Shown: positions 11,101-24,479 of the stretch, one piece after another
Position numbering within the stretch: the first letter of the stretch is position 1
How the letters are laid out: every line of letters begins with the position of its first letter
NCBI GenBank assembly: GCA_028534125.1
Contig: CM052820.1
Coordinates: forward strand, 6,634,001-6,698,000
Origin: Lama glama
Lineage: Eukaryota
DNA length: 64,000 nucleotides
Direction: 5' to 3'
Program-made: the position numbers and the translations under genes
The notes under the pieces: model-generated
The model's database searches: none
Told to the model about the DNA's origin: nothing
What the model saw: the letters and a program-made list of their open reading frames with translations, nothing else

Positions 11101-13814
11101 CGATGTAGTGGTAACATGGGAACCGTGGTTACATTATGTTGATGCCCCTCCTGCACGCTCCCAAGGTGCTGCACTCAGTCAGTCCTGTTCTTACCTGATG
11201 GTGAACAGGGACTGAGATGTGGACATAGGGACCCCAGGTTTGGAAATATGACTTAGGGTGGTGGACTTTCCTCCCTTTGACCTTTCTTCCATTCCTCTCT
11301 GCCTCACAGTTCCACAGCGCCACAGAACAATTATTTGGACACTCCTCTGGGAGAAGAGCTTACTACACACTCAGCCTGAGAGGAGCAGTTGTCCTTAGGG
11401 AAACTGGCCGGTTCTATGGCTCCAGGGTGAGGTTGGAGCTACAAGCACCAGAATAGAAGGGCTAAATTTAAACCGTATCTGGAGGCTTCAGGGAGCCAGG
11501 GGCCTATGGGCCTTGGGGCGGCTCCCTTCCAGGCCGGCCTCCAGGAGGACAGTTTGGGCCTCCTGCAGCAATGCCCTCCTCCCTCCTCCCTCCTCCCACT
11601 TCCCTCCTCCCTCCCCCCTCCCAGGGTGGAAACTGTTTCGTTTCTGGTGGCTGAGAGCTGGTTTCCTCCCAAGGAAATAATGTCTCACCGCAGCTGAGGC
11701 AGGATCTGCCCCCCTGGAATTTCCCTGCAGTGGAGAAGCTGGCAGAGCGGCTCTGAGACGGGACACACCTAGAGCCTGCTTGTGCACAGCCTGGAGGGGG
11801 CCACGCCCAGAGACGCCCAGATGTAAACAGAAACAGAAACACTCTGGGAAAACCCTCGGGGACCCTCAGGAGCCCGGGTCTAGTTCCAGCTCAGTCTCCA
11901 CCTCCCTGTGTGGCCCGAGCGAATCAGCTCCTTTCCTGAACTCATTTTTTTCACCTTGGCAGTATTAAAATAGATCTCTTGAAAATCAAAATAGAACAGA
12001 ACTCCAAAGGGATCACCCTAGAAAGTTCTTTCCTTCAAAGATGTTGCTTTCATTGCGCAAAGTATTTTTGAAGGCTTTTCCCCCCAAATTTCCTTTAGAG
12101 CCAGTCTTAAACACTCACAAGTCTGCTTTCTTACATTTCCAGACATTTCATTTTGGCCTAAGAGGGATCACTGCCCGTAGTACTGAGAGACCTTGGGCTG
12201 GTTCCAAATATCGAATTCAAAAGATTCCTGGGAGGATGGTGAGAAGTGTCTGGAGCAGCTAATCCACTCTCCACACCCTCAGCCACAAGCAGGGTCCTGC
12301 TGGGGCCTTAAACAGTCCACCATTCAAACGCTGGGGGTCTACTTTCGCAGGGCCAGATGGAAACTTCCAGTTTAGGCCCAACCTTCGGAGGCAGTAGCTT
12401 GGGAGGACCCAAGCCGTGCATTGTATGTGCTTTGGGGCATTTATTCACTGAGACCAGAGGACAGGGGCTGTCACGGACCTGATCACCTGGGGACAGTCAC
12501 AGCCCAGATGCCCACACGCAGTCTGTACCCATAGAGCAGAGTAGGGAGAGCACGCTAAGGGGACACACCCAGACACACTCGGTTGCCTGGCAACACGGAA
12601 TGCCAGGCCCAGGGACACACCAGCACTAGGGTGACACACAAATATTGTTTCTACGCGGGGAGAATGCATGAAGCAGGCTGCTGCACGCACACCCTCTTGC
12701 CACACAAATATGCCCCCTAGGGGTAAAGCCTTCCAGCCAGAAATGGCTGTGTAACTGAAGAGCCTGCTCACCGACCCTGCAAAACGCTTACCCAGATTTA
12801 GCCTGTGCTGAGACAAACCCCCTAAAACTTCCGGTCACACCTCAGAGACACACACACACTCTTCTGAGTGGCCAGAGTCTAGAAGCCTCAGCTCCTTTTG
12901 TTTCCCCTCAGAAAGCCTTTGGCTTTTCCATTTTAATCAGCCAGTGACCAAATGGTCTATTTCTGTAACTTCTTAGCATTAGCCAAAGATTATTCTTTTG
13001 AAATGTCCATAGTAAGTTACAAAGAGTGCCCCGACCTTCGTTTTCAAATTCAGCTATGCAAATGCTAAGCACACAGTGTGAAAACTTAGAGGACAGTTTT
13101 TAAAATTTAAAATTCACAAAGCGTGTTTGATATTTTTCAGCTTTTGGATGTAGGTGAAAGGCAAGTTTACCAACTTTTCAATGATTCTTAAAATTCCACC
13201 CTGGTAAACAGGAAAACAGCAACAACTTGGGAGTCTTTGCAAGTGTAGCTTGAGCAACAGAAGTCTCCTTCGGGCAGCGCCCCTTGCTAATTAGGAATGG
13301 GTAAACTGAGGACTTGACTTCCACCTGGTTTTCACACCCTGGCCTCATTTGTAATTAGGCAGAACTTCCAGCATGGTGCTTGGACTGCTTACGGGACAGC
13401 TCTCTTGGGTAGATTCTGTCCCGTTCTCAGGACGTTTCAGACGCTGCATTGGTTTTTGGTTGAGATAAGCTGCTCTCTCCTGCGCCGGCAGGCTTCTCTC
13501 CAGTCCCAACCTAGAGACAGCTTCGGATCTATGCACTGGGTCTGACCAGGCCCTCCCCTGCCGTGGGAATCCTTTCCTCTGTCTTCCCTCTACCTGCTTC
13601 CCTAACCTCTGACAGGAGTGCCTGCGTGAGCCTGGAACAGCTGCCTTTAGTGAGCTGCGGTCTTGCCCCACTCAGCCTCTCCCAGAGATTGTCACCCTCT
13701 CCCTTAAAATTCCCTTCTATTCTTACTGTTTATACCTCAGTGCTTGAGATATTAATCAGTGCCTTACCCAAGACAAAAATAAAGCCAAAAAAAATCCTAT
13801 TAGGTTCAATTTTT

Positions 13815-14330
13815 AATGAAAAATTTCTATATGTCAAAAACACAAACAAAGCAAATTGAAAAGGCAAAAGACAAACTTTAAAAATATATTTTCCGGATTA
13901 ATATGGCAACAGAGGCAGATATCATTAATACACAAAGGGCTTTTATAAAGTATAGAGCACCAAAGAGAAAGATGGGGGATGCGAACAGGCAGATTGATCA
14001 AAAGAATGAAACGGTTAGTAAGAGCAGAAAATTTTCACCCTCAATATGTAAAGCAAGGCTAAATAAAACCATTTGAGATAACATTTTCCCTTATTGTGTA
14101 TCAGACTAACAAATGAATCCCCACTGCTGGGCAGAGTCTTTCTCATTAATTACTTCTAGGAATGCCCAATAATTGGAAGAGCCTTTTCTGAAGGAAAATT
14201 GAAACTTAAAATTACTGGTGTTTTTTTACCTGTCAATTCTACCTCTAAAAGTTATCTGGAAGGAATATTCACGGTGTCCAAAATGCATGGCCAAACAATG
14301 CTCATTGCAGTACTGTTGTTAAAACAAAAA
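13815..14330 (+). mobile_element. Ancient L1 (L1ME-like) ORF2 3' fragment
   Basis: A-rich degenerate L1 ORF2-end blocks (AAAAATTTCTATATGTCAAAAACAC...AAAAGGCAAAAGACAAAC...ATCAGACTAACAAA). Confidence 0.55.
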
Positions 14331-15634
14331 GAAAAAGGTGCATTTATAATTTTTCCCTCTCTTTCTTGATTGTATATCCAGTGCTCCTGGGCCTGTCTTA
14401 TGTTACTGTTAACTCTGAAAATGCTGTGCCAGAACATTATTTTGTATTTTAGTACCTTAAGGAAAAAAATGCAGTTGATAATATTTCGAGCCGGGGTGAA
14501 TCTGAGGGCCCCTCCCTGACCTTGTCACCTGTGGAAAGGGTCTTCCCCTTCAGTTTCCTGCTCTAAGATGGGTGGGACCTTGGGTTGAATGAGGCCTTTG
14601 AGATGGGCGGGGATGTTGTGTGGAGAGAAGCTGGCAGAAGAGCAGGAGGGAGGCTCTTGGGAAGTAGCTTGGAGGTTGGATTACAGGTAACTGGAGCCGA
14701 GATGCTGAGCCATCTGTCTGGGGTGAGAAGTCCTTTACAGGAGGGGATGGGGTCAGTACACTGTATTAGGGTCTCAGCCTATGCCTCCCCCAACACCCAC
14801 CCTGCTGTCACCATGGCGCTGGGCTGTCCCAGGACTTCCCATGGTGAAGGTCTCCTGGGAAAGAAAGGGGACACAGAGAAAACTCTTTTATGGGAAAGCT
14901 GCCACATCATCTGAACTTCCCTCTGTGAGTTCACTAAGTCCCCTCCTCCCACTGTCCTTCTTGAGCTCCCTGACATGGCCCAGGGCTCTCCAGGGACCTC
15001 GCCCCAGCAGGACAGCTGCATCCTCAAGGTGGCTGTGAAAGCAGATTTTTCCCGGCCTAGGGTTTGAACTGCCCTTTCTCATCATCCCCTAATTTGGAAA
15101 CTTCTGCCACATATGGTGGCCTCCATATGGACAGGTCCATGTGACAAAGCCCAGCTCTCAGGCTCGGGCCTAGAGGCCATCTTTTTCATCATCCTTTGTC
15201 CATCCCCTATAGAGTCAGTCACTTCCTCTGATTCTTCTCCTAAAATGTCTCTTGGCCTGGCCATTTGTCTTCCACGCATCCTCCTCATCCTGGACCTCCT
15301 TCCCTAGGGCCCACACTACTTCAAGTGTTGCTTGGCTGCTCAGAAATGTGGTCATGCTGAGTACAATCCAGTTTACTTCAAAGGGACACAACCACTTCTA
15401 GTCTCTTGTTCTAGCCTAGAGGTGTTCACACTTCATTTTTAGCAATAGATCCAAGTTTTGGCTGCCCCCATGCAAAGCATAAATACTAAGCTGCCCTGGT
15501 TGAGGAGAGAGTGAGGCTTGGACCGCTCCTCCATCCCCAGCAGAATCCTTACAGAGGTAGGCCCATTACTTGGTTACCCATCAGCATCATCTGAGAAACT
15601 TTAAACAAAGAGGAATTCCGGAGCCCCTGCCAGG

Positions 15635-15635
<1 letters not shown>

Positions 15636-15690
<55 letters not shown>
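15636..15690. repeat. (TG)n microsatellite inside a MER5-like relic
   Basis: About 27 TG units with one interruption. Confidence 0.95.
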
Positions 15691-17100
15691 TGGGGGGTGG
15701 TGAGGTGGGGTCTGTGATTTTAAACAAGCCTCCCAGAGTTTCTGAAACAGCTGGGTGGCATCTCCTCAGTGGCCATTTCCTCCCCCGTAGGGGCCTCTCT
15801 CAGGCCGTGGGGGTCTTGCCGCCTTCACTACCTGCCATACTTCCTTTCACTCCTCTGCTCTTCCCTGGGGTGCCCATTCACCTGGTCAAATCCCACCCAG
15901 CCCACTCCTTCAGTAATCCTATACCTGCCTGACCCTTCTCCAAACAACTAGCACCTACTGTCCCAGCTGCTAAGAGGGTTTAATATATTTAAGTTTATTT
16001 TTAATTTCACAAGTAATGTAGGAACACATCTTCACTGTCAAACAATTCAGGTAATCCAGACGGAGTGAAGCTCCGTGATCCTCCCGGTCCCCCAGGCCCA
16101 CACCGGGGTGACGCTGGGGCAAGGTGGGGTGTCCTTCCAGACCCCTGTCCATGGATTTCCTACGTAATTTCCAGATCTGGAAAGAGAATAACCATCGTTC
16201 TTCCCGCCCTAGACCATTCTTCTGTCTGTGCTGTGATCTGGGCCCTGCAGCCTCCCTCACAGCCTGTGGCCTCCACCACCCCCATCTCTTTCCAGCTTCT
16301 CCCCCTCGACAGCCCCCTCAGCCAGGGCGGCTGTGTGTGCACACGCACACAAATAATCACAGGTGTTACTGTTCCTGAAAATGGTCTCTTTCTGGTTCCT
16401 TACATGCCTCTTATCCCCTCTCCTTTCAGTCTCCTCCCTGTTAAGCCCAACCCAGTGGGCCTCCTTCCGGAATGCCATGCCGTGTGTCACACCCACACAG
16501 GCTGACCCCAGGCTGCCTCAACTCTTGCTGCGTCCTCCCTGGGAGGGCGCAGACCCAGGTCGAGGGGTAGAGGCTCCCGTTAGCACAGTGCTGTCCACCC
16601 CCAACCCCCAGATGACAGAAGTGCTTTGGCCTTGGAGCCAGGCCTGGCCATCTAATATCTGAGGTCTTCCCTCCCAAGCGAAGCGCCTTGACATGGGCCA
16701 GCCCCCAAGCAGTCGGTTTGGCCTCTTCAGGAGGTGGGTGATGGGGCTGGGAATGTCTTAGGAGCTTCTTGTTGCAGCACCCAAGTTCATCTCTGCAGTC
16801 ACCCTCAGACTTCTGTGAGCTTCTGGCAGCTTTCCCCACCAGGGAGGGAGGGACCAGCTCCAGAGGTTCTCCTGGGGTGCAGCGCTGGGGCTTCCAGGAA
16901 CCCCAGGGCCCACCTGAGATGGGCATGCAGCTCAGCCTCTTAAAAACAGAGGCCGTCTGAGAAGGGCTCCTGAATAGCTCTACCTCCTTTGAGGGAGGAG
17001 GAACAGGAAGACAGGGCTTAGGCCTCACCACCGTTCTCCTAACATAATATCATAAAATGAAAGCAAATTTTTGAATTATGAAACATTCCCCCAAAAGTAC

Positions 17101-17585
17101 TGGAGTAGTTTCCTATTGCTGCTATACCAAGTTACCATGAATTTAGTGACTTAAAACAACACTGATTTGTTCCCTTACAGCTCTGGGGGTCAGAAGCCTA
17201 AAATCAGGTGTTAGCAGCACCGTGTTCCTTCTGGAGCCCTCAGGGGAGAATCTGTTTTCTTGCCTTTTCCAGCTTCTCGGGCCCTTTTGCATTCCTCAGC
17301 TCTGGGCTCCTTCTTCCATCTTCAAAGCACATCCCCCCGCCCCCACCTCTACCTCGTCTGTCATGTCTCCTCTTGATGACACTGACTCTCCTGCCTCACT
17401 TTCATAAGGATCCTTGTGGTTACATTGGGCCCACTGGGGTCATTCAGGATAATCTCCTTATTTCAAGATCCTTAACTTCATCACACATATGAAGTCCCTT
17501 TAACCATGTAAGGTAACATATTCATAGGTTCTTGGGATTAGGACATGGACAGACATCTTTGGGGGCCATTATTCAGTCTACCACA
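17101..17585 (-). mobile_element. MaLR solo LTR (MLT1D-like) inserted in an older L1
   Basis: TG...CA termini; TTTCCTATTGCTGCT...CTTAAAACAACA...GGGGCCATTATTCAGTCTACCACA. Perfect 5-bp TSD AGTAC at 17096-17100 and 17586-17590. Confidence 0.85.
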
Positions 17586-17589
17586 AGTA

Positions 17590-18245
17590 CAAAATGTAAT
17601 ACGGATAAACATCTGTATCCACCACCAAGATTAAACAGATGCTAATATTTTGCCTTATTTTCATTATTTTTTTGTTTTTTGTTTTTTTAAGAAATAAAGC
17701 TTCAGAGAAATAGCTAAAGTCCTATGTTGCCTTTCCACTCCCTCTCTCCTCAGAGGTAACCACTACCCTGAGGTTAGTGAAAATAACTCATATGTATGTT
17801 TCTATTCTTTGCTGCATATTATAAGTGCATTTCCAAACAGAAAGGTACTTTTTTTTTGGTGTGTTTTGATGCTTTATGTAAAAGGAATCACTGTGTGTAC
17901 CACTCTGCAACCTGCTTTTTCCACTCAACATGGTTTTGAGGTTATATATGAAGATCTAGTTCATTTATTCTAACTGCAGCATCGAATACCTCCCATGAAC
18001 AAGTTAGAGTTCATTGTGTCCTTCCTTTTGCTGAGAGACCGATTGTTTTCACTTGTTTTGCTATTCCAAACAGTGTTTCAATAAGTATCTCTGTACTTGA
18101 TTTCTGGAGCACCTATGCTGAAGACCTCGGTGGGAGACACCTGGGAGAGAGCACACCATCAATTTAGTAGGAGGGCAACCCATCCTAGCAACAGTGTTTA
18201 GGAGGACCCATTCCTCCCCTTTTCTCAGCAGCATCTGGTATTTTC
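17590..18245 (-). mobile_element. Ancient L1 (L1ME-like) 3' region
   Basis: CTCAGAGGTAACCACTACCCTGAGGTTAGTG...TCTGCAACCTGCTTTTTCCACTCAACA...TTGTTTTGCTATTCCAAACAGTG. Confidence 0.6.
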
Positions 18246-18259
18246 AAGTTTACTATTTT

Positions 18260-18371
18260 TTTAAATTTATTTTTTAAACTTTAAATTTTAAAAAAAATTG
18301 AAATATAATTACAATGTGTCAATTTCTGGTGTACAGCACAATGTCCCAGTCATGTATATACATACATACAG
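18260..18371 (-). mobile_element. Young lineage-type L1 3' fragment
   Basis: TTACAATGTGTCAATTTCTGGTGTACAGCACAATG. Perfect 14-bp TSD AAGTTTACTATTTT at 18246-18259 and 18372-18385. Confidence 0.85.
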
Positions 18372-18867
18372 AAGTTTACTATTTTAAAAAAGTGATTCTC
18401 CTTCCATATTTTCCAGTCTCTTCTGCTCCCAATCTTTTCTTGAATGTTATGCAGCTGGAATCTTTCCTCCATCTTGACCCTGAAGGACAATCCACCAAGG
18501 CTTTTCTGTGCTCTGCTGGCCACCCACCCCCAGATTTCCCCTCTGTGGAGTTTCATCTGTGCCAGTGCTGGAAGAGCTTTCCCCTCTATGGTTGTGAAGC
18601 TCTGCTGTAGTGAGGCTCCCGCTGGGAGGAGTGAGGGCTTCTGCATTACTCCCCTTCAGCCTAAATGAATGAGGCGTGTCTAACTCCGACGATACGAGTA
18701 AATCAGTCCTGAATACCAAAAAAATAAATGGTTGTGTTTTTCCTGTCCCGAAGGATATTCTGAAACATATACCTGGCAATGAATGAAAACCGCATCTTGG
18801 AACATGGCAGGATCGAGGAATAAATCCAAAGACTGAACTTTCTTCCTAGGACAAGCCTCATTTCTTT

Positions 18868-19016
18868 CTTTTTCTTTTTTTAAATTTAAGTGCAGTCAAT
18901 TACAACATGTCAATTTCTGGTGTACAGCACAATGTCTCAGTCTTACATATACATACATTTATTCATTTTCATATTTTTTTCATTAAAGATTATTACAAGA
19001 TATTGAGTATAGTTCC
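18868..19016 (-). mobile_element. Young lineage-type L1 3' fragment
   Basis: TCAATTTCTGGTGTACAGCACAATG...TTATTACAAGATATTGAGTATAGTTCCC. Perfect 16-bp TSD CAAGCCTCATTTCTTT at 18852-18867 and 19017-19032. Confidence 0.9.
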
Positions 19017-20326
19017 CAAGCCTCATTTCTTTATCAGCTTTTATCAGTTTTAGATTCCAAATCTCCTTCTGTTTTAGATTTTCAACCACCACCCACCTTT
19101 TACGATCCAGTTAAAGTGGTGAACTCTGTCTTTAGAGTTCTCAGGCACAGGGGGGTCATCTCTGATTACCTGGCCCTCAAAATAATCCTTCTTCCTCCTG
19201 CTACTCCCCAAACAGAGGGATTGGCCCTGTATCCATCTCAAGCTGAAGAGATTTCTCAGAGATCTGGTTCCGACCTGACAGTCTTTTGAACTTTGTGTTT
19301 ACCTATTAGCTGTGTGTACCTATTTTTAGTATTCCCCTATGCCCATTAGTGATAGCTTTGCCCAAAATGTATCCCTGAAAAAGATGGGGCCTGGAGGATT
19401 GCTTCCCATAGAGGCTGTCAGCTACTTCAAGGGGAACCCCAAGTGCTGTCTTCAGTCATCCATAACCTCCTGCTGCAGAACAATAGCTGTGGGATGTGTC
19501 TCGGGACCCCTCCCCTGCACATTTTAGCATTTGGAATGAGACTGTTGCTCAGTTCTAGGCATAAGATGGCATGAAAAGCTATCCCTTTCCCATAAACTAA
19601 TGGGTTGTGCTTCTAATGCTCAACCGTGTGCCACCTTGGAGGTCCCTTCCTGGGCCTGAGACAAGAGAGGAGGGTTAACAGTGGCCAGCATGGCATGGGT
19701 CCCCTGGGTCACCTTCTGTCCTCTGAACGGCACACAAAATTCCATCTCAACTGTCCAGGAGAAGCAGCTTTTCAGAGAATAGTCCAGACCAACAGAGCCC
19801 AGGTGGACACCAGCCCTAATTATCCTCCTGACAAAGACTGTTGGAAGCTTGAAATGCCAGGAGACAGAGTGATAAGCCAACCACAGAGGAAATCACCCAG
19901 AAACCCAGGGAGCTGAAATCCTCTTCTCAAGTTCTTGTTTGAAAGAAACAAAAAGACCTGAAAAAACAAATGTTTCGTAATGGAGCTCAGAGGAAGTCCT
20001 GGGCAGCCACTAAGGCAGATCATTTGGCCATGCCACACTGGGCTTCTGAGGAGGACCCAGGAAGCTCATGCTCCCACGCCTGCCTGTGACAGCTCTCATT
20101 AGGCTTCACTCTTCAGATTTTGTAGATTCCTGAATTCTCTCTGGCTGGGAAATTTGATCAGTCATCTGAAGTTTTAAAAGGAGGTAGGTGAAGATATTTT
20201 TTTCCTGACAGAACAGTTTAAATCCTGTCCTGAATCAAGGATTTGCTTAACTCCTAATTACTCAGTTAGAAATTAAGCTACGGTTTCTTCAAACCAAAGT
20301 TTTTAGTCTTCAGAAATGACATTCCA

Positions 20327-20449
20327 GGGGGTGAGGGTATAGCTCAAGTGGTAGAGCCCATGCTTAGCATGTACGAGGTCCTGGGTTCAATCCCCAGTAC
20401 TTCCCTTAAAAAAAGAAAATACACCTAATGACCTCCCCTCCACAAAAGA
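20327..20449 (+). mobile_element. tRNA-Ala-derived camelid SINE (Vic-1-like)
   Basis: GAGGGTATAGCTCAAGTGGTAGAGCCCATGCTTAGCATGTACGAGGTCCTGGGTTCAATCCCCAGTAC with an A-rich tail. TSD AAATGACA(TTC/CTG)CA at 20314-20326 and 20450-20462. Confidence 0.9.
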
Positions 20450-20731
20450 AAATGACACTGCACTAATTAGTTTCTTAAAATCACTAAGCCATAGTTTACC
20501 TGACAACCCTTCACAGTTTTCTGCCACACAAACGCTTCTCAGTGCCTGTAGCACAGACCCTCCCAATCTATAGTCTTATATGAGCAACAGTTGGGTCTAT
20601 ACATCCACTCCACTGTGGTGCTTGCTATACTTGGCTTCATCTTACTGAGAAGTTGATTAGGTACAACGTAAGAAGCAAGGTGTCACGTGGTTGCCTCTGC
20701 GCGTCCCTTGATGACGTGCACGTACATTTAC

Positions 20732-20885
20732 ACTGGCAAGCTGAGCTGGCTCTCCTCCCTTGCCGGTCCTGTGCATTTCTTCCCAACTCTGTATTCTCTG
20801 ACATCACATTGGTAGCTTGACATCAGCCATGCCAGTATTTACACCAGGAAAACTGGCAAACACTACAAATCAGGGCTTTTTGTTG
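20732..20885. mobile_element. MER63A-like hAT-Blackjack fragment
   Basis: TTCCCAACTCTG...TGACATCACATTGGTAGCTTGA...AGTATTTACACCA...GGCAAACACTACAAATCAGGGC. Confidence 0.6.
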
Positions 20886-23329
20886 GGTGGCAGGGGCGGC
20901 GTGGAGAAAATGGCGCTTAGGAAATGTTTGGAAGAAACAAGAAACCCAAAATAGTTACCTGTGCGGAGTGGAACTGGAGAGCAACGACATGAGAGAGTTT
21001 CTTTTTTCGCCTTTTGAATTTTTTATCATGTGAATAACTATTTTTTAAAAAGAGAACTTTCTTTTTTTAAGAACAAAGGCTTCCTACAGTTGTATTAATC
21101 CCACATCATCAGCTAGAAACTGCCTAGGGCTGAGCTGTCTGGTTGAGGAAGAGATCAGAGCCTGGAGACAGTCGTTACAGTGGCCTCAGTGGAGCAACAT
21201 CCATCCTGGGGATGGAAGTGGGGGCTGGGCAGAGGCAGGGCCTGAGGATGGACAGAGCACAGGGCAGACAGTCCTTCTAGAACCTCACGCCAAGTCTGAG
21301 AGGGGACCCAAAGTAATGCCAGACCCCTAGCCAAGATGTCAGGCCAAAGTTTGGGTTACCAAATCCCAAGGATCAGAAAAATGGGTGTGAAGACGGGACA
21401 CCCAAAATGGTGCAGCTCCAGGGAGGAGAGGGGAGGCGGAGACTTGCTAGAAAAGAATACAAGGTTCACAGGAGGAGCTTTTAGATTATGGGGCTGAGGG
21501 GCAACTTTTTCTTTAGGCCCTTTCCCCTACAGCTTAAATTAAAAGGGGACATCAACTCTGCCCAGGAGGGAAGGAGGGCAAACTGGGGCAGTGAGGAAAC
21601 AGGTAGAGACAGGCTCTCAGCACTGGGGAAAAGGCTCCTCGCAACCCTCTAGGGGGAGGCAGCGATAAACAAGTTCCAGGGAGTGAACCAGAGCTCCAGG
21701 CGGATTCCAGGAACCTCGGCCTCCTGCAAAAGAGACCCTAGGGGCCTTGGTCAGTGTCGGGGCTGGGGTAGGGGGTCCCACTGGAAGATTTTGCAGTAGT
21801 TTGGAAATTCTGAGCAGAGATCATGGAGGCCCCATGTACAAGGGTGGACCATAGGCAGGAAAATCCATCCAAGATGCAGATTCAGGTGGGCAGCCCTAGA
21901 AAAGGCTGGCAGGACCCCACTGATTGTGGAGCTTGGGGTGGCTTGGCATCGCTCCCTGAGGGGCAGATACTTGGGAAAGGAGACTGTCCAGAAAACTGAG
22001 CACAAAGGGACCATACATTGCCTAGGATGGCCAGAACGTCAGGGGAGGGGCAGTGGGAGGTTGGAGCAGGCTGCTCCCCAGAGCAATAGCCAAATGCCAC
22101 AGTGTGTGCCCTCCACGGCCCTCAGACATCTCCAAACTCCACTGACAGTGCAGGCAGTGCCCTTTGAAGTCTTGTCAAATAGGGCTGCCACTAGTTACCA
22201 GGGACTTGAATATCCCATTTTATAAACACCTAGGGGTGGTGATGACAACAAGAACTATTAGGCCCCCTTTCTTTTTCAGTTGCTGCTAAAATCCTTCATT
22301 TTTTAGATAAATTAAATGCATAAATCTCCTATCACTGGCACAGGATGTCCCCTGTCTCCTTCCATACTGCTGAGAATCGAGCAACCTTAAAATGCTGCTG
22401 CACCTATTGATTAATTACAGTCAGCCCCACATCAACTACAGGTAAACTAAGTCAGTTTCTGCTGACATTCACTGTCAACATGTAGAATGCTGAGTTCACA
22501 CAGACATCAGTAAGTCATAAGTTCCAACAGATTCAGCTATTTGGGGCATATTTTACAGCTAACGCATGCCCCAAAGCCTGTCAAGAGGCCAGCAACCCAT
22601 CAGGACATAATCAGAGGAAAGCCTGCCCAGTCTCAGTCACTCATTAACCAACACTGAAACATATGGCTGCTGTGTGTCGTGCAAGGATGCAGAGGGGGCC
22701 TAGCCCTAAGTGGAGGAGAGGATGGATCCTGCCCATGACAGCCATCCAACTAGCAGGCTGTAAGCCCCAAGGACAGCCCTGTGCTGTATTTGTGACTGTA
22801 TCTCTTGCATCTAATAGGAGGCCTAGCACTTAGTAGGTGCTCAACAAAAAATTAGAAATGAATACTATGACATGATGCTTTTGATAGTAAAGATTTGGGA
22901 GGAAGATCAGGAGGAAGTGGTTAATTCTGTTAGGGAACTGAAGAAGCCTTCACAGAAGAGGTCACAGGACAAAGCTGGTCCCTGAATGTAGGAGTCAACG
23001 GGCAGAAGAGAGAGAAAGGCAGTCCAGGAAGAGGCCAGTGAATGTGAGGGCGTGATGTGCCAAGAGGTCAGGCAGGAAGGAAGGCAAGATGAGGAAGGTA
23101 GGCAGATCCAGGCCCTCCAGACTCTACTTTGGTCCATGTGACACGTTCTCCTTAGAATCAGGAGCCAAGCTGCCTCTTTAGAAATATTACTTTCCTTTTG
23201 TCAAAGGGTGAAACCATGCTGTGTTTCCTTTCTCACCTTGACTGCCTGGGAGCTCCTGAAATGCTAGGTTCCTTATACTTCTTTGTGACCCCTAATAGTC
23301 CCACACAGGACTTTTCACCTAGTAGATCC

Positions 23330-23990
23330 TGTATTAGTTCTCTGTTCCTGCATAACCACATAACAACAAATACAGCATCATAATTTTTTTTTGTGGGGAG
23401 AGGCAATTAGGTTTATTTTTATTTATTTATTTGTTAATGGAGGTACTGGGAATTGAACCCAGGACCTCGTGCAAGCTAAGCATGCACTCTACCACTGAGC
23501 TATAGCCTCCCTCTGCATCTTAAAACAATACACATCTATTATTCACAGTGTCTCACAGGAGTCTGAGCAAGGCTTGACTGGGTCCTCAGTAGGGCTTCAA
23601 TCAAGGTGTCCTGGGGGCTGGCAGTCTATCTGAGGCTTACAGGGGAAGAATCTGTTGGCAAGCTCATGTGGTTTTCGCAGAACTCAGTTCCTTACAGGTG
23701 TCAAGCAGAGGCTTGTTTCTTGCTTGGTGTTAGCTGGTATCTCAGTATCTTACCCTCTCTATAGGCAATTCCCAGCACGGCAGCCTGCTTCTTCAAAGCC
23801 AACAAGGGAGGAGGTATCTGAGCAAGACGGTTGTTCTGATCTTGTGTAACATAATCACAGGCACGCAATCACACATCTCATCACCTTTGCCCTGTTCTAT
23901 TGGTTAGAACAAGCCCTCCTCCCTCCTACCCATACTCAGGGCATGAGGACCAGGAGGAAGGATCATGGAGCCACCTCAGATCTGTCCACA
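23330..23990 (-). mobile_element. MaLR LTR (MLT1E/F-like) interrupted by a SINE
   Basis: TGTATTAG...CTGCATAAC...TTAAAACAATACACAT...TTCTATTGGTTAGAA...GGATCATGGAGCCACCTCAGA...CACA. Confidence 0.7.
23384..23513 (-). mobile_element. tRNA-Ala-derived camelid SINE (Vic-1-like) nested in MLT1
   Basis: Antisense GGAGGTACTGGGAATTGAACCCAGGACCTCGTGCAAGCTAAGCATGCACTCTACCACTGAGCTATA. TSD GCATC(A/T)TAA at 23375-23383 and 23515-23523. Confidence 0.9.
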
Positions 23991-24479
23991 AGTCCTCATT
24001 GGATGGATAGTAACTGTTAGTTACTTGAACCACTCCTTTTGGCAATTAAGGATATCATGTCACATAGACATTCATATTGTTTCCCCAAAAAGACAGTGAA
24101 GTGAGCTCTCTCCCTACCAAGAATGCTCTCGTTGCCCCCACAGCATCACTACAATGTTGGGCACAGACAAGTTGATAAATATGACATGAAGAAACGTTAT
24201 AGGATTCACATTACTGCCAGAAAGACCTGGTGTTTTCTACCATCAGGGTGATTATATGCTTGCCATAAATTTCTCAATTGACATATATAATTCTTAAAAA
24301 GCCATAAAACAAATTTAACAGCTATAAAGTGGGACCTGAGTCAGACATCACTGTTATGATGGTGGCTCTTCCCTGGAGAAATGTTTCCTAACCCCCAGCA
24401 CCTATTGTTTCCCCCTACTTTACAGACGAGCTGTGTACATTACCACCGCTTCCCGATTCTGTTAGTACAAAATTTCATT

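Noticed and set aside
20327-20410. Apparent tRNA-Ala(AGC) gene (also at 10305, 23384, 43555, 4198, 1165)
   Set aside because: Stem mismatches, A-rich tails and flanking TSDs show these are SINE copies.
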